DNA of 64,000 bases from Lama guanicoe (taxonomy: Eukaryota). Below, one piece after another: positions 12,501 through 26,053 of this stretch. Every line of letters begins with the position of its first letter. The stretch's first letter is position 1. The DNA lies in NCBI GenBank assembly GCA_013239625.1, contig MU053792.1:470941-534940 (forward strand), read 5' to 3'. The notes beneath the pieces were generated by a model, which made no database searches, was not told the origin of the DNA, and saw nothing but the letters and a program-made list of their open reading frames with translations. The translations under genes were made by a program, and so were the position numbers.

Positions 12501-13650
12501 GATGGTATTCCCATCATTTTTTCTTTTTCTAACTGCAATTGTTCCCACAGTTCTTTGCCACATTATTATTTTCCAAAACTCTCTTGGTCAAGAACTTCAC
12601 TAGTACTCATCATCTAATAAACAATAACAATGCATCACCTCAGATCAAGGTCTTATCAATTTTTCATCAGCCCTGCTCCCCACTGTTTTCATACAGGTGC
12701 TCTGAGAGAGTGACCAAGTGGTTTTGAAGCGTAAATTTTTCTATTCCTGTGATTTTGCTACTGCCACTCACGCTGCCTGGAATATCTTTTGCAAATGGAT
12801 TATTTACTTATGTGTTAGTGAAATTACCTTTAAAGGTGTTATTAATTACTTCCTGGAAAAATTATTTTGCCTATTACCTGATGGCTTTGTTTCTCAGAAA
12901 CAAAAAAGTCATTTATTTTATTCTGGAATTTTCTCAAATTACGATAGTTTTTACAATTATTTAGAGGGAATGGTATTACTTCTATTACTCAGAAGTTCAG
13001 TTGTTGTTTGTTCATTTCATACCAATAGTTACACAGAGCTTTACTTGTAAAGGTTATAGAATTTTGTGTCCAAAAAAAAAACTTTTCTATTTTTGATTTA
13101 TCTGGATCTTGTTATTCTTAGGCAAATAAGAACTAATGTATGTTAGTAAATTATAAACATTGTTTATTTGAAGATAATGAAAATGTTTAGATGACAAATG
13201 CATACAAAGTTGGATAAAAGGTCAAAATCTCTTAGTTTTTAGTATGTTTATGTATCGAAGAAACTAGAAATTTAAATAGAAGAAAATTCACATTTTTCAT
13301 AAATTTCTATCTTTCTTTCACATGTTTCTATTAGACCAATGTCACTGTCCTTGGTTACATTGAAAATCTTGAAAACTCTTGTGCATAAAGTGTATATTAT
13401 TTGTCCTCAGAAGACTTGAAAATATCTTGAGAAAAATATTTATTACATTAAAATTAGAGAACATTTAAAGGACTCTCATTCAAATTGTTTTTTATAATTA
13501 CTCTATTTTCTCTCACGTGTTGCTTATTAGGAAATGTACTATGTATATAGGACATCAGCAACTTTATACAAGTTTTCAAAGGTCAAACAGTAATTGAGTT
13601 TTATATTAATTTGTAGTATTGTGAAGTGTCCATAATAAGAAAATCCACAA

Positions 13651-16600
13651 TTTTTGAATAAACTTTATTTTAGAGCTAGATTTACAGAAAAATTACTAAT
13701 GTAGTACAAAGTTTTATATTCCCCACACCCAACTCCCCCTATTAATAATGTTTTACATTAGTGTGTTATATTTGTTACAGTTAGCAAACCTGTTTGATTC
13801 ATTATTGTTAACTAAAGGCCATAGTTTATTCTGATTTCCTTCATTTTCACCTAATGTCTTTTTTCTGTTCCGAGATAACACATCACATTTTGTTGTCATC
13901 TCATCTTGGACGCCTCTTTACTGCGGCAGTTTGTCAGACTTCCCTTGTGTTTAATGAGCTCGGAGTCACTGGAGGAGCACTGAACAAGAACTTTGTAAAT
14001 GTCTTTTGGACGTGATTAGTTTATTTTTCTCATAATTAGACTGAGGTTATGGATTTTAGGGGAGCAGGTTCACAAAGTAAAATACTATTTTCATCACATC
14101 ACATTGAGGGTACAGACTGTCAACAGCACTTCCAACTATTAATGCTGACCTTGATCTTTTAGCTGGTGAACTGGTGAACCAGTTCGTCAGGTTTTCTCCT
14201 CTAAAGTTATTTCCCCCCAACCCTGCTCTGCTTCTCCATACTGTACTTTTTGGAAGAAAGTCTCTGTGCACAGTCTGCACTTAAGGAGGGGGAAGTTATG
14301 TTCCACCTCATTAGAGGCAGAGTATCTACATAAGTAATTCGGAATTTTTCTGCATGGAAGATTATACTAGTCTCATTCATTAATTTAATTTACTTACGTA
14401 GTCATTTATTTCTATCTGAACAAACTCATGGATGTATTTTCTGCTTTAGATTATAATCCAATGACACATTATTTATTCTGTTGCTCAACATGGTCCAGCT
14501 TAGACTATTGGTCTCTTTGTGTGGCTCCTGTGTACCTTTGACATAGCCGTATCCTTGTTGCTGTTATTTTAGCATCTCCCCACTTTCTTGCACGCTCTAA
14601 AATCTTCTTTTATATTTTCTATTTCAGTCCTAGAATGAGCCATTTGTTCCAAGAAGCCCTGGTTCCTATTATGGAAGAACGACATTGGAAACCAAGATTA
14701 GGGTACAAGATGGGCTTGCTCATTGCTATCAGGTTGTTATTGTTTCTAGGACCTCTTAGCTGACAAAGCAAGATCTCACATGTGTGTATTCTAATATATA
14801 TATATATATATATATCCCATACCTATACAACTTTCTATATGTAAACATTTGTATCTACCTTAAACTAAACGTGAGTTCGTACTGGTGTCTTCCACTCTGA
14901 TCTGCTATCACCTGTATGATTGTAGTGTCCTCCGCTTGCTTTTCTGTAACCTCCAAGTCCAACAGTGAGAAATCTGGCTCCTACCATTTGTCATTCATTT
15001 ATTTAATTCCATATACATGTACAACACCATCAGAATTTTTAACTTGTACCCCCAATGAGAACTAGCTTTATCCCCTAGAGCACAGTGCTATGTACTGTTT
15101 CTCTGTCTTTAGTCTAACAGGCTCCAGTCATTTCCAAAGCTACTTAGGTCAGCAGCTTCTCAAACTACGTCCTTCAGTGAAGTTGTTTCACAAACTTATG
15201 GTTACCAGGGGGAGAAATGGGTGGGAAGGGACAAATTGGGAGATCCAGATTTGCAGATACTAACTACTATGTATAAAATAGATAAACAAGTTTCTACTGT
15301 ATAGCACAGGGAGCTATATTCAATATTTTGTAGTAACTTATAATGAAAAAGAACATGAAAATGAATATGTGTGTGTATATGTATGACTAAAACATGATGC
15401 TGTCTATCAGACATTGATACACCATTGTAAACTGACTATACTTTAATTGAAAAAATAAAATAAAATAAAATGTTAAAAAATAAAATGAAAAAATAAAGCC
15501 AGATTCTCTTGCAGAATCTGCATTCTATCTTAGTATCCTACAATGCCCATACAATTTTTATGTATTTGTATGTTTAGGCTCATTCTTTGTGTAATAAAGT
15601 TTTATGAGTTTTAATAAATGCTTTGTGTCATGTATCTACCAATATAGTATCATACAGAATAATTAGATTACGATTTTTAAAAATAAATCAGTGTTTTATC
15701 TATTTAAACTTCACCAACATCCCTCCAGGCCCCTGATGACCACAGGTCTTTTACCATCTCTATAGTTTTGAATTTTTCAGTGTCATATAACTATACATTA
15801 TACAGCCTTTAAACTGGCTTTTTTCACTAGCACTTTGCATTTAAATTTCCTTCACATTTTTCTGTAGCTAAATATATTCCATTGAACAGATGTTCCAGAG
15901 TGTGCTTATCCATTCATCTATTGAGGACAAATTAGTTGCTTCTAGTATTTGTCAATTAAAAATAAAGCTACTATGAACATTCATATACAGATTTTTGTGT
16001 GGACATAAATTTTCAAATTAGTTGGGAAAATTATAAAGAACACAGTTGCTGGGTTCTATGGTATGACTATATTTGGCTTTGTAAGATACTGCCAAACTGT
16101 CTTCAAAGTGAATATAGTATTTTGCATTCCCATCATCAATGAATGAGGATTGCCATTGCTCTTCATCCTCTCTAGCAACTGGTGCTGTCAATTTTTTAAA
16201 AAAATTTACCCACTTGAATGTGTTTGGTGGTATCTCTTTTTTGTTTTAACTTGCAATTTCCTGATAACAAATAATGTTCAACATCTGTCATGTGCGTATT
16301 TGACATCTATAGGTCTTCTTTGTGAAGGTGTCTGTTCAGATTTTTGCCCATTTTTTCTTATTCTTGAATGCTAAGTGTTCTTTGCATATTTTGTATACAA
16401 GTTCTTTATCAGCTCTGTGCTTTGCAGATATTTTCTCCTAGACTGTGGCTGATCTTTTCACATTTTTAAGTGTCTTTTACAAAAATTTTTAATTTTAATA
16501 AATCCAACTTATCAATTTTCTTTCATGGATTATGCTTTCAGTTTTGTTTGTAAAAACTTATCATCAACACAAGATCACATAGGTTTCCCCCTGTGTTTTC

Positions 16601-17250
16601 TTCAAGTTTTATAGCTTTGCCCTTTACATTTAGGTCTATTTTTAGGTTTATGGTCCATTTTGAGCTTTATCATAATTCTTGAAAACACATAGATGAATTA
16701 TCCAATTTTGATTTTCTTCAGTATTACGTTGACTATCTTGGGACTTTGCCTTCCTATATGTATTTATAATTAGTATTTGTAGCATCTTCATAGGAATTGA
16801 ATTGAAACTATAGATGAAGTTAAAAAGAACTGACATCTTAAAAAATATTGAGTCACCTAACACATGACATAAAATATCTCTTCATTTATTTCAGTCTTTT
16901 ATTCATTTCCTCAGAGTTCTATAGTTTTATATATCTATATAAATATATGGATATTTATAAATAGATGAAATATAAAAATATACATGAATATTCTGCACAC
17001 ACTTTTTATTTACACCAAAGTATATGATTCTATATAACTTTTTTAAAAATTTCAAATACCAATTGTTTATCCTGGTATATAGGAAAGCAACTGACTTCTA
17101 TAAATTCACCTTGTGTCCTGGAAACACTATAGTCACTTACTAGTCACCAGAAATTTTTTGTCAAATTTTTGGGATAGTCTACATAGACAATTATGTTATC
17201 TGCAACTAAAGACGGTTTTATTTCTTTATTACAATGTGTACACATTTTAG
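13651..17250 (-). mobile_element. old L1 (L1MB/MC-type) long 3' UTR plus degraded ORF2, interrupted by a younger L1
   Basis: T-rich tail 'tttttgaataaactttattttagag..tagatttacagaaaaatt', long L1MC-like 3' UTR, and antisense ORF2 remnants (ORF 16648-16863 'KMSVL..IYSFNSIPMK'). Confidence 0.85.
15190..15497 (+). mobile_element. young L1 3' tip nested in the older L1
   Basis: 'aaacttatggttaccagggg...gatttgcagatactaactac...aactgactatacttt' followed by an A-rich tail. Confidence 0.9.
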
Positions 17251-17264
17251 TTCCTTTTTTGGCC

Positions 17265-17790
17265 TTTTTTCAGCTTTATTGAGATCTGATTAATAAATAC
17301 AATTTTAGATATTTAGGATATACAACATGATTTTTGATATACATTGTAAAATGCTTACTGCAACCAAGCTAAATAGCATGTCCATCACCTCATATAATTA
17401 CTATTGATGGGGACATTGGGGTGGGATTGAGAACACCTGAAATCTACTCTTTTAGCAAATTTCAAGTACACAGCACATTATTAACTTTAGTCACCATGAC
17501 GTACATTAGATCTTCAGAACTTATATCTTCTTATTACTTAAGGTTTGTACCTTTTGATCAATATCATTCCTTTTTCCTCACACTCCAGCCACTGGTAACC
17601 CCCATTCTTCTCTATTACTATGAGTTTGTCTTATCTTTTTCTTTTTCTTTTTAAGACTCTACATACAGGTGACATCATGCAGTATTTGTCTTTCTGTATT
17701 TGGCTTATTTTCCTTTGTATAATGTTCATCAGTTTCATCCACATTATCAAAAATAGCAGAAGTTTCTTCTCTTTTAGACCTAATGATATT
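17265..17790 (-). mobile_element. L1 3' end (L1MA9-like)
   Basis: 'cagctttattgagat...aaatctactcttttagcaaatttcaagtaca...gtacattagatcttcagaactt' is antisense to the same type of element seen at 10178-10960. Confidence 0.85.
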
Positions 17791-17995
17791 TCACTAAATA
17801 TATATTTACTAAATTTTTATTCATACTGGAAACATTGTGTTTTCAGATATTCATTAACATTTGTTAATGAGGAGACAACAGATCACAGGGGAGTTTTATG
17901 GAGTTTCTCAGGCCCCTTAGATTCTACCCATGCCCAGTTCAAAAGCCACTGCTATGTGTTTGAGATTTTGATGATAGTGGTACCTGACTTACAGG

Positions 17996-18385
17996 TATGA
18001 TTTTCCATTTTGCTATTGCTGCATGAAAAAAATACTTCAAAACTTAGTATCTTTTAACAATAATTTTTGTCTCTGTCCTTTGGTCCAGAATTCATACAGG
18101 ACAGCAAGAATGGCTTCTCTCTATTCTAAAATATCTGGGACCTCAACTGAGAGACTCAGTGACTGAATGCCTGGGTCATCCAGAGATGAGGTGGACCATG
18201 GGGAGGCATCTGTATTGCCGTTTATGACCTAGCCTTGGAAACCCTCAGCATCACTCCTGGTGCATTCTATTTCTTACAAGCCAATCATTAAATTCCCCCC
18301 ACATTCGGGAGGAGTGACATAGATCCTCACTTTTCAATGGGAGGAGCAATAAAGAATCTGTGCATGTTTACAAAACCTTCACAAT
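17996..18385 (-). mobile_element. MLT1 LTR (older subfamily)
   Basis: 'gctattgctgcat...aaacttagt...tttatgacctagccttggaa...cattctatt...aatgggaggag'. Confidence 0.7.
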
Positions 18386-18985
18386 GATTTTAATAGAATT
18401 TTGAGAAGTGAGGAGACAAACACCTTCTTCACATCACATTACATATAACCCCTATTTTCCCACTTTTCCCTTAATATAGTTTAATTACAAAACTAATAAT
18501 ACTCAAAATTTCAAAACATAGAAAAATAGAAATAAGATTATCACTGATTTTTATCTTCCTGAGAATTAACAAATAACAGGTTTCCTACAGTCTTTTTTTG
18601 ATTTAATGTTTTTCATTAGTTTGTTTTGTTCTAATAGCACTTCATATAAGTAACCCTTTAAATTTTTATTTTGCCTTTGCCATTTAATATTAATATGCCA
18701 GCATTTTAATACCATCATAAAGATTTTGTATGCAATATTCAAGTAGCATTTAATGTCTTTAAATAAAAATAATTTATTGAATAATTCCCAGGCCATGGAA
18801 AATTTGGTTATCTTTTCTTTCTGATAAGTAAATAACATTATTTTCCAAAATGTACTTTATTAACTTGAAAGTTGGGTTCTGTTCTTTTTTCTGATATGTA
18901 AAATTATAAGTTTTATGTAATTATTTTATTTATAATGTTGCTTTTTAATCACTTTTACTATTTTTAACCTTAGAAAACCTTCCCA

Positions 18986-21900
18986 GATCAAAGGGCAAGA
19001 TATATTCAAAGTCCTCAATGAAAAAAAGATGCAATCTAGAATACTTTATCCAGCAAGGCTATCCTTTAGAACAGGAGAGAGAAAGAACTTCACAGACAAG
19101 CAAAAACTAAAAGAATTCAGCAATACTAAACCTGTGCTAAAAGAAATATTGAAAGATCTACTCTAAATGGAAAAGAAGTAGGATGCTACAGAAAGGAGAA
19201 AACCATAATTGGAAAGGCAATAACTACAATGAATTATAACAGAATGAACCAGAGGATGTAAAAGAGAACATTCAAATCATTAAAGCTGGGAGAGGGGAGC
19301 AAGAGAATATAGTTTTTGGGGTTTTTTTTTATTCTTTTCAGGAAGGGTTTAAGCTTATATGACTATCAGTTTAAAATAAACAGATGTAGCAATGGGTTAA
19401 TATACTTAAAAAACAGGGTAACCACAAGTCAGAAACTTACAACAGAGGCACAAAAACCAAAGAGAAACCAAGATAATACAAAAGAAAATTATCAAACCAC
19501 AAAAAGAAAAAGAAAGGAACAAAGAGGTAATCCCAAATGAAATGGAAAACTAAGTACAAAAGTGGCAATAAACACACACCTATCAATAATTACTGTAAAT
19601 GTCAATGGACTAAATGCTCCAATCAAAAGACATAGAACAGCATATGGGATAATAAAGCAAGAACCTACAACAGGCTGCATACATAGATTGAAAGTGAAAG
19701 GGTGGAAAAAGGTATTTCCTGCAAATGAAAATGACAAGAAATCAGGAGTAGCAATAGTGATTTCAGATAAAATAGACTTTAAAACAAAGGCCATAAAGAA
19801 AGATAAAGAAGAACACTATATAATGATAAATGGAGCAATAAAAGATATGGATATTACAGTCATTAACATATATGTACCCAATACAGAAGCACCTAAACAC
19901 ATAAAGCAAATATTAATAGATATAAAGGGAGAAATTGATGGGAACACAATCATAGTAGGGAACTTAACACCCCACTAACATCATTGGACAGATCTTCCAG
20001 ACAGAAAATTAATAAGGCAACGGAGAAACTAAATAACTGTAGAAAAATTGAACATGGTTGATATGGTCAGACCATTACATCCCCCAAAATAGAATATACA
20101 TTTTTTTCAAGTGCACATAAAACATTTTCTAGCTTAGATCCTGTACTCAGGCACAAAAGAAGTCTCAACAAATTTAAGAAGATAGAAATTATTTCAAGCA
20201 TCTTTTCTAACCACAGTGCCATGAAACTAGAAATCAACCACAGAAAAGCAAAGGAGAAAAAAATGACAACATGGAGATTAAACAACATGCTACTAAAAAT
20301 TCAATGGGTCAGTGAAGAAATCAGAGAAGAAATTAAAAACTACTTTGAGACAAAGGACAATTAAAACACAACCATACAAAATCCAAGGGATGCAGCAAAA
20401 GCATCTCTAAGAGGGAAATTCTTAGTGATACAGGCCTTCCACAGAGAAGAACAACCTCAAATAAACAATCTAACATACTATCTAAAAGAATTAGATAAAG
20501 AAATACAAACAAAACCAAAAGTCAGGAGAAGGAGGGAAATAATGAAGATTAGGGAGGAAATACATAAAATAGAGATTAAAAAACAATAGAAAAAAATCAA
20601 TCAGATCAAGAGCTGGTGTTTTGAAAGAGTAAACAAAATTGACAAACCTCTGGCTAGACTCACCAAGAAGAAAAGAGAGAGAACACAAATAAAATTAGAA
20701 AGGAAAATGGAGAAATTACAACCAATATCACAGAAAGATAACATATCATAAAAGAGTACTTTGAACAACTATATGGAAACAAATTGGACAACCTGGAAGA
20801 AATGGAAAAGCTTCTGGAAACATACAGTCCACCAGGACTGAATCAAGAAGAAATTGACCACTTGAACAGACCAATCACAGGAAAGGATATAGAATTAGCA
20901 ATAAAACCCCCTCCCTACAAACAAAAGTCCAGGACCAGATGGCTTCACTCAGAAACTCTACCAAACATACAAAGAACTCATACCTGATACCAGTCCTTAT
21001 CAAATTCTTTCAAAAGATTGAAAAGGAGGGAATACTCTCAAACTCATTCTATGAAGCCACCATCACCCTGATACCAAAACCAGGCAAAGACACTACCAAA
21101 AAAGAGAATTACAGGCCAATATCACTAATGAACATAGATGCAAAAATCCTTAACAAAATATTAGCAAACAGAATCCAGCAGCACATAAAAAAGATCATAC
21201 ACCATGATCGAGTGGGGTTCATCCCAGAGAAACAAGAATGGTTCAACATATGCAAATCAATCAATGTGATACACCACATCCACAAAAGAAAGGACAAAAA
21301 CCACATGATCAGCTCAATAAATGCAGAAAAGGCATTTGATAAAATTCAACACCCACTTATGATAAAAACCCTTACCAAAGTGGGTATAGAGGGAATATAT
21401 CTCAATATAATAAAAGTTATTTATAACAAACCTACAGCCAGCATAGTACTCAATGGTGAAAAACTGAAAATCTTCCCACTAAAATCTGGGACAAGACAAG
21501 GTTGTCCACTCTCTCCACTTCTATTCAACATAGTCTTGGAAGTCCTACCCACAGCAATTGGGCAAGAAAAATAAATAAAAGTGATCCAAATTGGAAGAGA
21601 AGAGGTGAAACTGTCACTATATGCAGATGACATTATACTATATATAGAAAACCCTAAAAGCTCCACACAAAAATTACTAGAGCTAATAAAAGAATTTGGC
21701 AAGGTAGCAGGATACAAGATTAATGTAGAAAAATCAGTAGCATTTCTTTACACTAACAATGAAACAATAGGAAAAGAAAGTAAAGAAAAAATCTCTTTTA
21801 AAATTGCATGCAAAACAATAAAATACTTAGGAATAAATCTGACCAACTAGTTGAAAGACATATATGGAGAGCAACAAAACATTGATTAAGGAAATTAAAG

Positions 21901-23125
21901 AAGACTTAAAGAAATGGAAAGATATTCCATGTTCTTGAATTGGAAGAATCAATATTGTTAAAATGGCCATACTGCCCAAGGCAATCTACAGATTTAATGT
22001 GATCCCTATCAAATTACCCAGGACATTTTTTACAGAACTGGAACAAACAATCCTAAGATTTATATGGAATCACAAAAACCCAGAATTTCCAGAGCAATAT
22101 TAAAGAAAAAGAACAAAGCTGGAGGAATAACCCTTCAAGATTCAGACAATATTATAGAGCTACAGTAACCAAAACAGTGTGGTATTGGCATCAAACAGAC
22201 ATATGGATCAATGGAACAGAATAGAGAGCCCAGAAATAAATCCACAGACTATGGTCAATTAATCTTTGACAAAGGAGACAGGAATATACAGTGGAGAAAG
22301 GACAGTCTCTTCAGCAAGTGGTGTTGGGAATACTGGACAGCAACATGGAAATCAGTGAAGTTAGAACACTCCCTTACACCATACACAAAAATAAACTCAA
22401 AATGGCTTAAATACTAAATATCAGACAAGACACAATAAATCTCCTAGAAGAAAACATAGGCAAAACATTCTCAGACATAAATCTTAGCAATGTCCTCCTA
22501 GGGCAGTCTACCCAGACAATGGAAATAAGAGCAAAAATAGACAAATGAGACCTAATTAAAGTCATAAGCTTTTGCACAGCAAAGAAAACCATAAGCAAAA
22601 CAAAATAACAACCTACGGAATGGGAGAAAATATTTGCAAATGATGACAAAGGCTTAATTTCCAGAATATATAAACAGCTCATACAACTTAATAAAAAAAA
22701 ATAAACAACCCAATCCAAAAATGGCAGAAGATCTAAACAACGTTTCTCCAGTATGAATGGCCAACAGACATATGAAAAAATGCTCAATATCGCTACTTAT
22801 CAGAGAAATGCAAATCAAAACTACAATGAAGTATCACCTCACATCAGTCAGAATGGCCATCATTCAAAAGTCCACAAATGATAAATGCTGTGGAGAAAAG
22901 GAAACTGTGGAGAAAAGGAAACTCTCCTACACTGCTGGTGGGAATGTAGTTTGGTGCAGCCATTATGGAAAATACATACAAGATCCTGTGGTAGCTCACA
23001 GCAAAAATAAATGTAACAATGAATAAATATATGTTCATGTATAGCTGAAAAATTGTGCTCTACGCTGGAATTTGACACAACATTGTGTAAAATGACTATA
23101 ACTCAATAAACTCAATAAAAATGTT
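18986..23125 (+). mobile_element. young camelid-type L1, 5'-truncated within ORF1, disabled
   Basis: ORF1 C-terminus (…ILYPARLSF…KEILKDLL*, stop 19164-66), ~400 bp spacer, ORF2 with EN (LSIITVNVNGLNAPIKRH), RT ([29 protein letters not shown] at ~21620) and a 3' UTR with AATAAA. Confidence 0.97.
19562..22972 (+). pseudogene. L1 ORF2 (endonuclease/reverse transcriptase) with stops, frameshifts and deletions
   Basis: Fragmented ORFs 19562-19978, 20784-20987, 20939-21574, 21581-21850 and 22757-23026 carry ORF2 motifs. Confidence 0.95.
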
Positions 23126-24179
23126 TAAAAAGTATTCAAATGCCTATATTTCTTAAGGGAGTAAAGTAGTAAAACAAATTTGTATATTGAGGTGACAATA
23201 GCACAGAAGATGTGTACTTCTTAAAACATGAACAGGGTGAAAATGTATGAAAAATGTAAAGGCAAAGGAAGCACCAAAATTACCTTGTTTCATCTACATT
23301 TGGGCTCTGCAAATGGACTTCACTGCTTCAGGGTATCTCTTTCCATTAATGATTTTACTATTTATGTTAATTTAAAAGAGGTGGCCTTCATGAAGACTAA
23401 AGATATATGTTGAACCTGAGCATATATGTTTAAATGAAGTTTTGTTCTTATTTTTACATTTTTTCTGTCTCTAAATTTTGAGGTAAAGTGTTTGAAGAAT
23501 TGATTAAACAGAGAAGTTAAGTGAAGTCTTGGCAGGTTTGTGAGTGGGGAAGGATTTTATTATATGATTTAGAAACATGAATCATTACATATGTATTAAC
23601 TCTTCTGAGGGGATGCTCTTCAGTGTGTGTAACTAAGACATGAATAAGGCAAGATCATGCTTTAGTGTTGGCCATTTTAACTGAAATGTTAATCAACTAT
23701 ATTTTTTCTGAAGCATGCAGGCTTCCATAGCTGAAGATATCATTTAAGATATGTAATACAGAGCAGTAGTTCTGATCTGCTAAGCTCAAGAAAAATTATT
23801 TCAAAGGGGTAATTCTTCTTCCCTGAGAGGGACATTTTATCTTCTGTTAATTAAAAAAGTGAGTTTTGAGATGATAAAAGAGATTTATAAAGATCATAAA
23901 ATGGATGACACTAAGACTAAATGTACAAATACATCTGACATCTTAAAACCTGAAGAACAGCATCAGCCTCAAAGAAGTGTTAAATGTATTTTAAGGCATA
24001 GCGTAAGTTTGGAAGAGAGTAAACAGTCACATTTCTATAAATGAGGTACAAGATATGAAATTAACTTAGTTCTGGAGAACTTTGTTGGAGATCTCATCAG
24101 ATATCAGACAAAAATTACACTAAATTACATACGCATGCACACAAGTCTGGTCACTGTCTGTTAGAACCACCTCTGACAT

Positions 24180-24345
24180 TTCCAGAGTCTGTGACAACAG
24201 TACAAATGGAGCCCACATACCATATGTTAAAACATTAAAAAAATGTATAAATTAATTTTTCAAATTGATAAGATATTTTTAAAAATCCATTAAATAAAAT
24301 GACTTAACCTTCTGTCCTGACAAACATGACTTTCTTATGATCTGC
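24180..24345 (+). mobile_element. hAT-type DNA transposon relic (Tip100/MER115-like, tentative)
   Basis: 'agtacaaatggagcccacataccatatg...ttaaataaaatg' is related to 27310-27420 'agtacagataagcccttcttacatatgtc...tttaataaaggtg'. Family name from memory. Confidence 0.4.
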
Positions 24346-24352
24346 AACCTGC

Positions 24353-24787
24353 TGATACAGGGGGAGCTAGCTACCCTGGCTACTCAACCCGCTGGCTGCT
24401 ACCCCCTGGTTCAGCTACCCATCCCCCACTTCTTTTCCCACTCCTGACTTTATCCTTCATTACAAGAGATCTTAAATCCACATGTATGCACAGATGTATC
24501 AGTTCCATCAGTTTCCTTAAATCCTCTCCCCCTGTAAGCTTAGGGTTGGGTACAGAGGCTAGATAGCCTATTTTTAGGAGGACAAAACCAGGACGTAACC
24601 CAAATCGGTTTGGAAGGAGATGAGGGCCATTCAAACAGGAATTCAAGCTTCCAGTTACCAAGAATGTTGTATCGAAGGGAAATGTAGAATCCATATGCGT
24701 CTACCTATTGGTCTCATAAACTCCTAACCCATTGATTGAGAGACTATATGGTGACCAGAACAAGCTATACAAAACATGAGGTCCACA
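24353..24787. mobile_element. possible ancient solo LTR
   Basis: GC-richer ~435 bp block bounded by TG...CA, with CCTGCTG/CAGCAGG inverted at the edges. Family not recognised. Confidence 0.3.
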
Positions 24788-25039
24788 GCAGGAGGACTCT
24801 CTTGCCAGGATTTCTAAGGACAATACTGCTTTCCTTACTTAACCAAGCATGTCTTTTGAATAAATACACACTTCAAAACTATTCATTACTTTCACTAAGT
24901 GTGAACAGAATCGGGAAATGTCAAAATAATATTTCAAGTATATTTTCAATGTAGAATATGTATGAATTTTATATGATGTCTGTTTTATAGCTTTTGGAAC
25001 ATCAAAATGTATATAAATTCTGTTTTCAGTTTTATAAAT

Positions 25040-25490
25040 TGTTATGCTGTTGCTTCTACTGTGTGCCAAGCACTGTGCTAAACACAGTGGGTGTAAAATT
25101 GAACAAGGCAGGTACAGCCTCAGCAGCCTTCAGAGAAATAGAGAATTCGTGTGTAATAAGCATTAGGATAAGACGTAAGCCCTGTGAAGCAATTAACTAT
25201 ACAGGTTTGAGAGTTCAGGAAAATCTCCTTGGAGTTGTAATTTTAAGTTGGAACTTGTGGAATAAATAGAAGTTAGCCAGGCAAAGGGAACCTGTGGAAA
25301 TCATTAAGTTTAGAGGGAATAAGACAAATTCCAAGAACTAAAAGAAATTCATGGTTCTATATAGTTTGGGTAAGGAGATGAGTGGCAAAGATAAATCTGG
25401 AAAAGTAAGCTTAGACCATATCATGAAGGTCCTTGTGTAACAAGATAATGTGGACTGGACCCTGAAGGAAATAACAAGCCATTGAAAGAC
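25040..25490 (-). mobile_element. L2 fragment (continues after the L1 insert at ~26055-26380 and in the duplicated copy)
   Basis: 'ctactgtgtgccaagcactgtgctaaacac...agaagttagccaggcaaaggg...ccatatcatgaaggtccttg...gccattgaaag'. Confidence 0.75.
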
Positions 25491-25494
25491 TTGA

Positions 25495-26053
25495 TTTATT
25501 TATTTTAACTTTTTTTATTGAGGTATAGTCAGTTTACAATTTTGTGTCAATTTCTGGTGTACAGCACAATGCTTCAGTCATACACAAACATACATATATT
25601 CATTTTCATATTCTTTTTCACCATAAGCTACTGTAAGATATCGAATATGTTTCCCTGTGTTATACAGTATAAACTTGTTTATCTATTTTATATATACCTG
25701 TCAATACCTGCAAATCTCGAACTCCCAGTTTATCCCTTCCCACCCACCTCCCTGCTGGCAACCACAAGTCTGTATTCTGTTTGTGAGTCTGTTTCAGTTT
25801 TATATATAAGTTCATTTGTCTTTTTTTTTCAGATTCCACATATGAGTGATATCATATGATATTTTTCTTTCTCTTTCTGGCTTACTTCACTTAGAATGAC
25901 ATTCTCCAGGAACATCCATGTTGCTGCAAATGGCATTATTTTATCATTTTTTATGGATGAATAGTATTCCATTGTATAAATAGACCACAACTTCTTTATC
26001 CAGTCATCTGTCGATGGACATTTAGGTTGTTTCCATGTCTTGGCTATTTTAAA
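25495..26053 (-). mobile_element. young L1 3' end inserted into L2
   Basis: T-rich tail followed by 'ttattgaggtatagtcagtttacaat...cagattccacatatgagtgatatc...gtttccatgtcttggctatt'. Confidence 0.92.

Noticed and set aside
20939..21574. 211 aa reverse-transcriptase ORF as a functional gene or novel RT system
   Set aside because: It is an ordinary L1 ORF2 fragment bounded by a frameshift and a stop before YADD.
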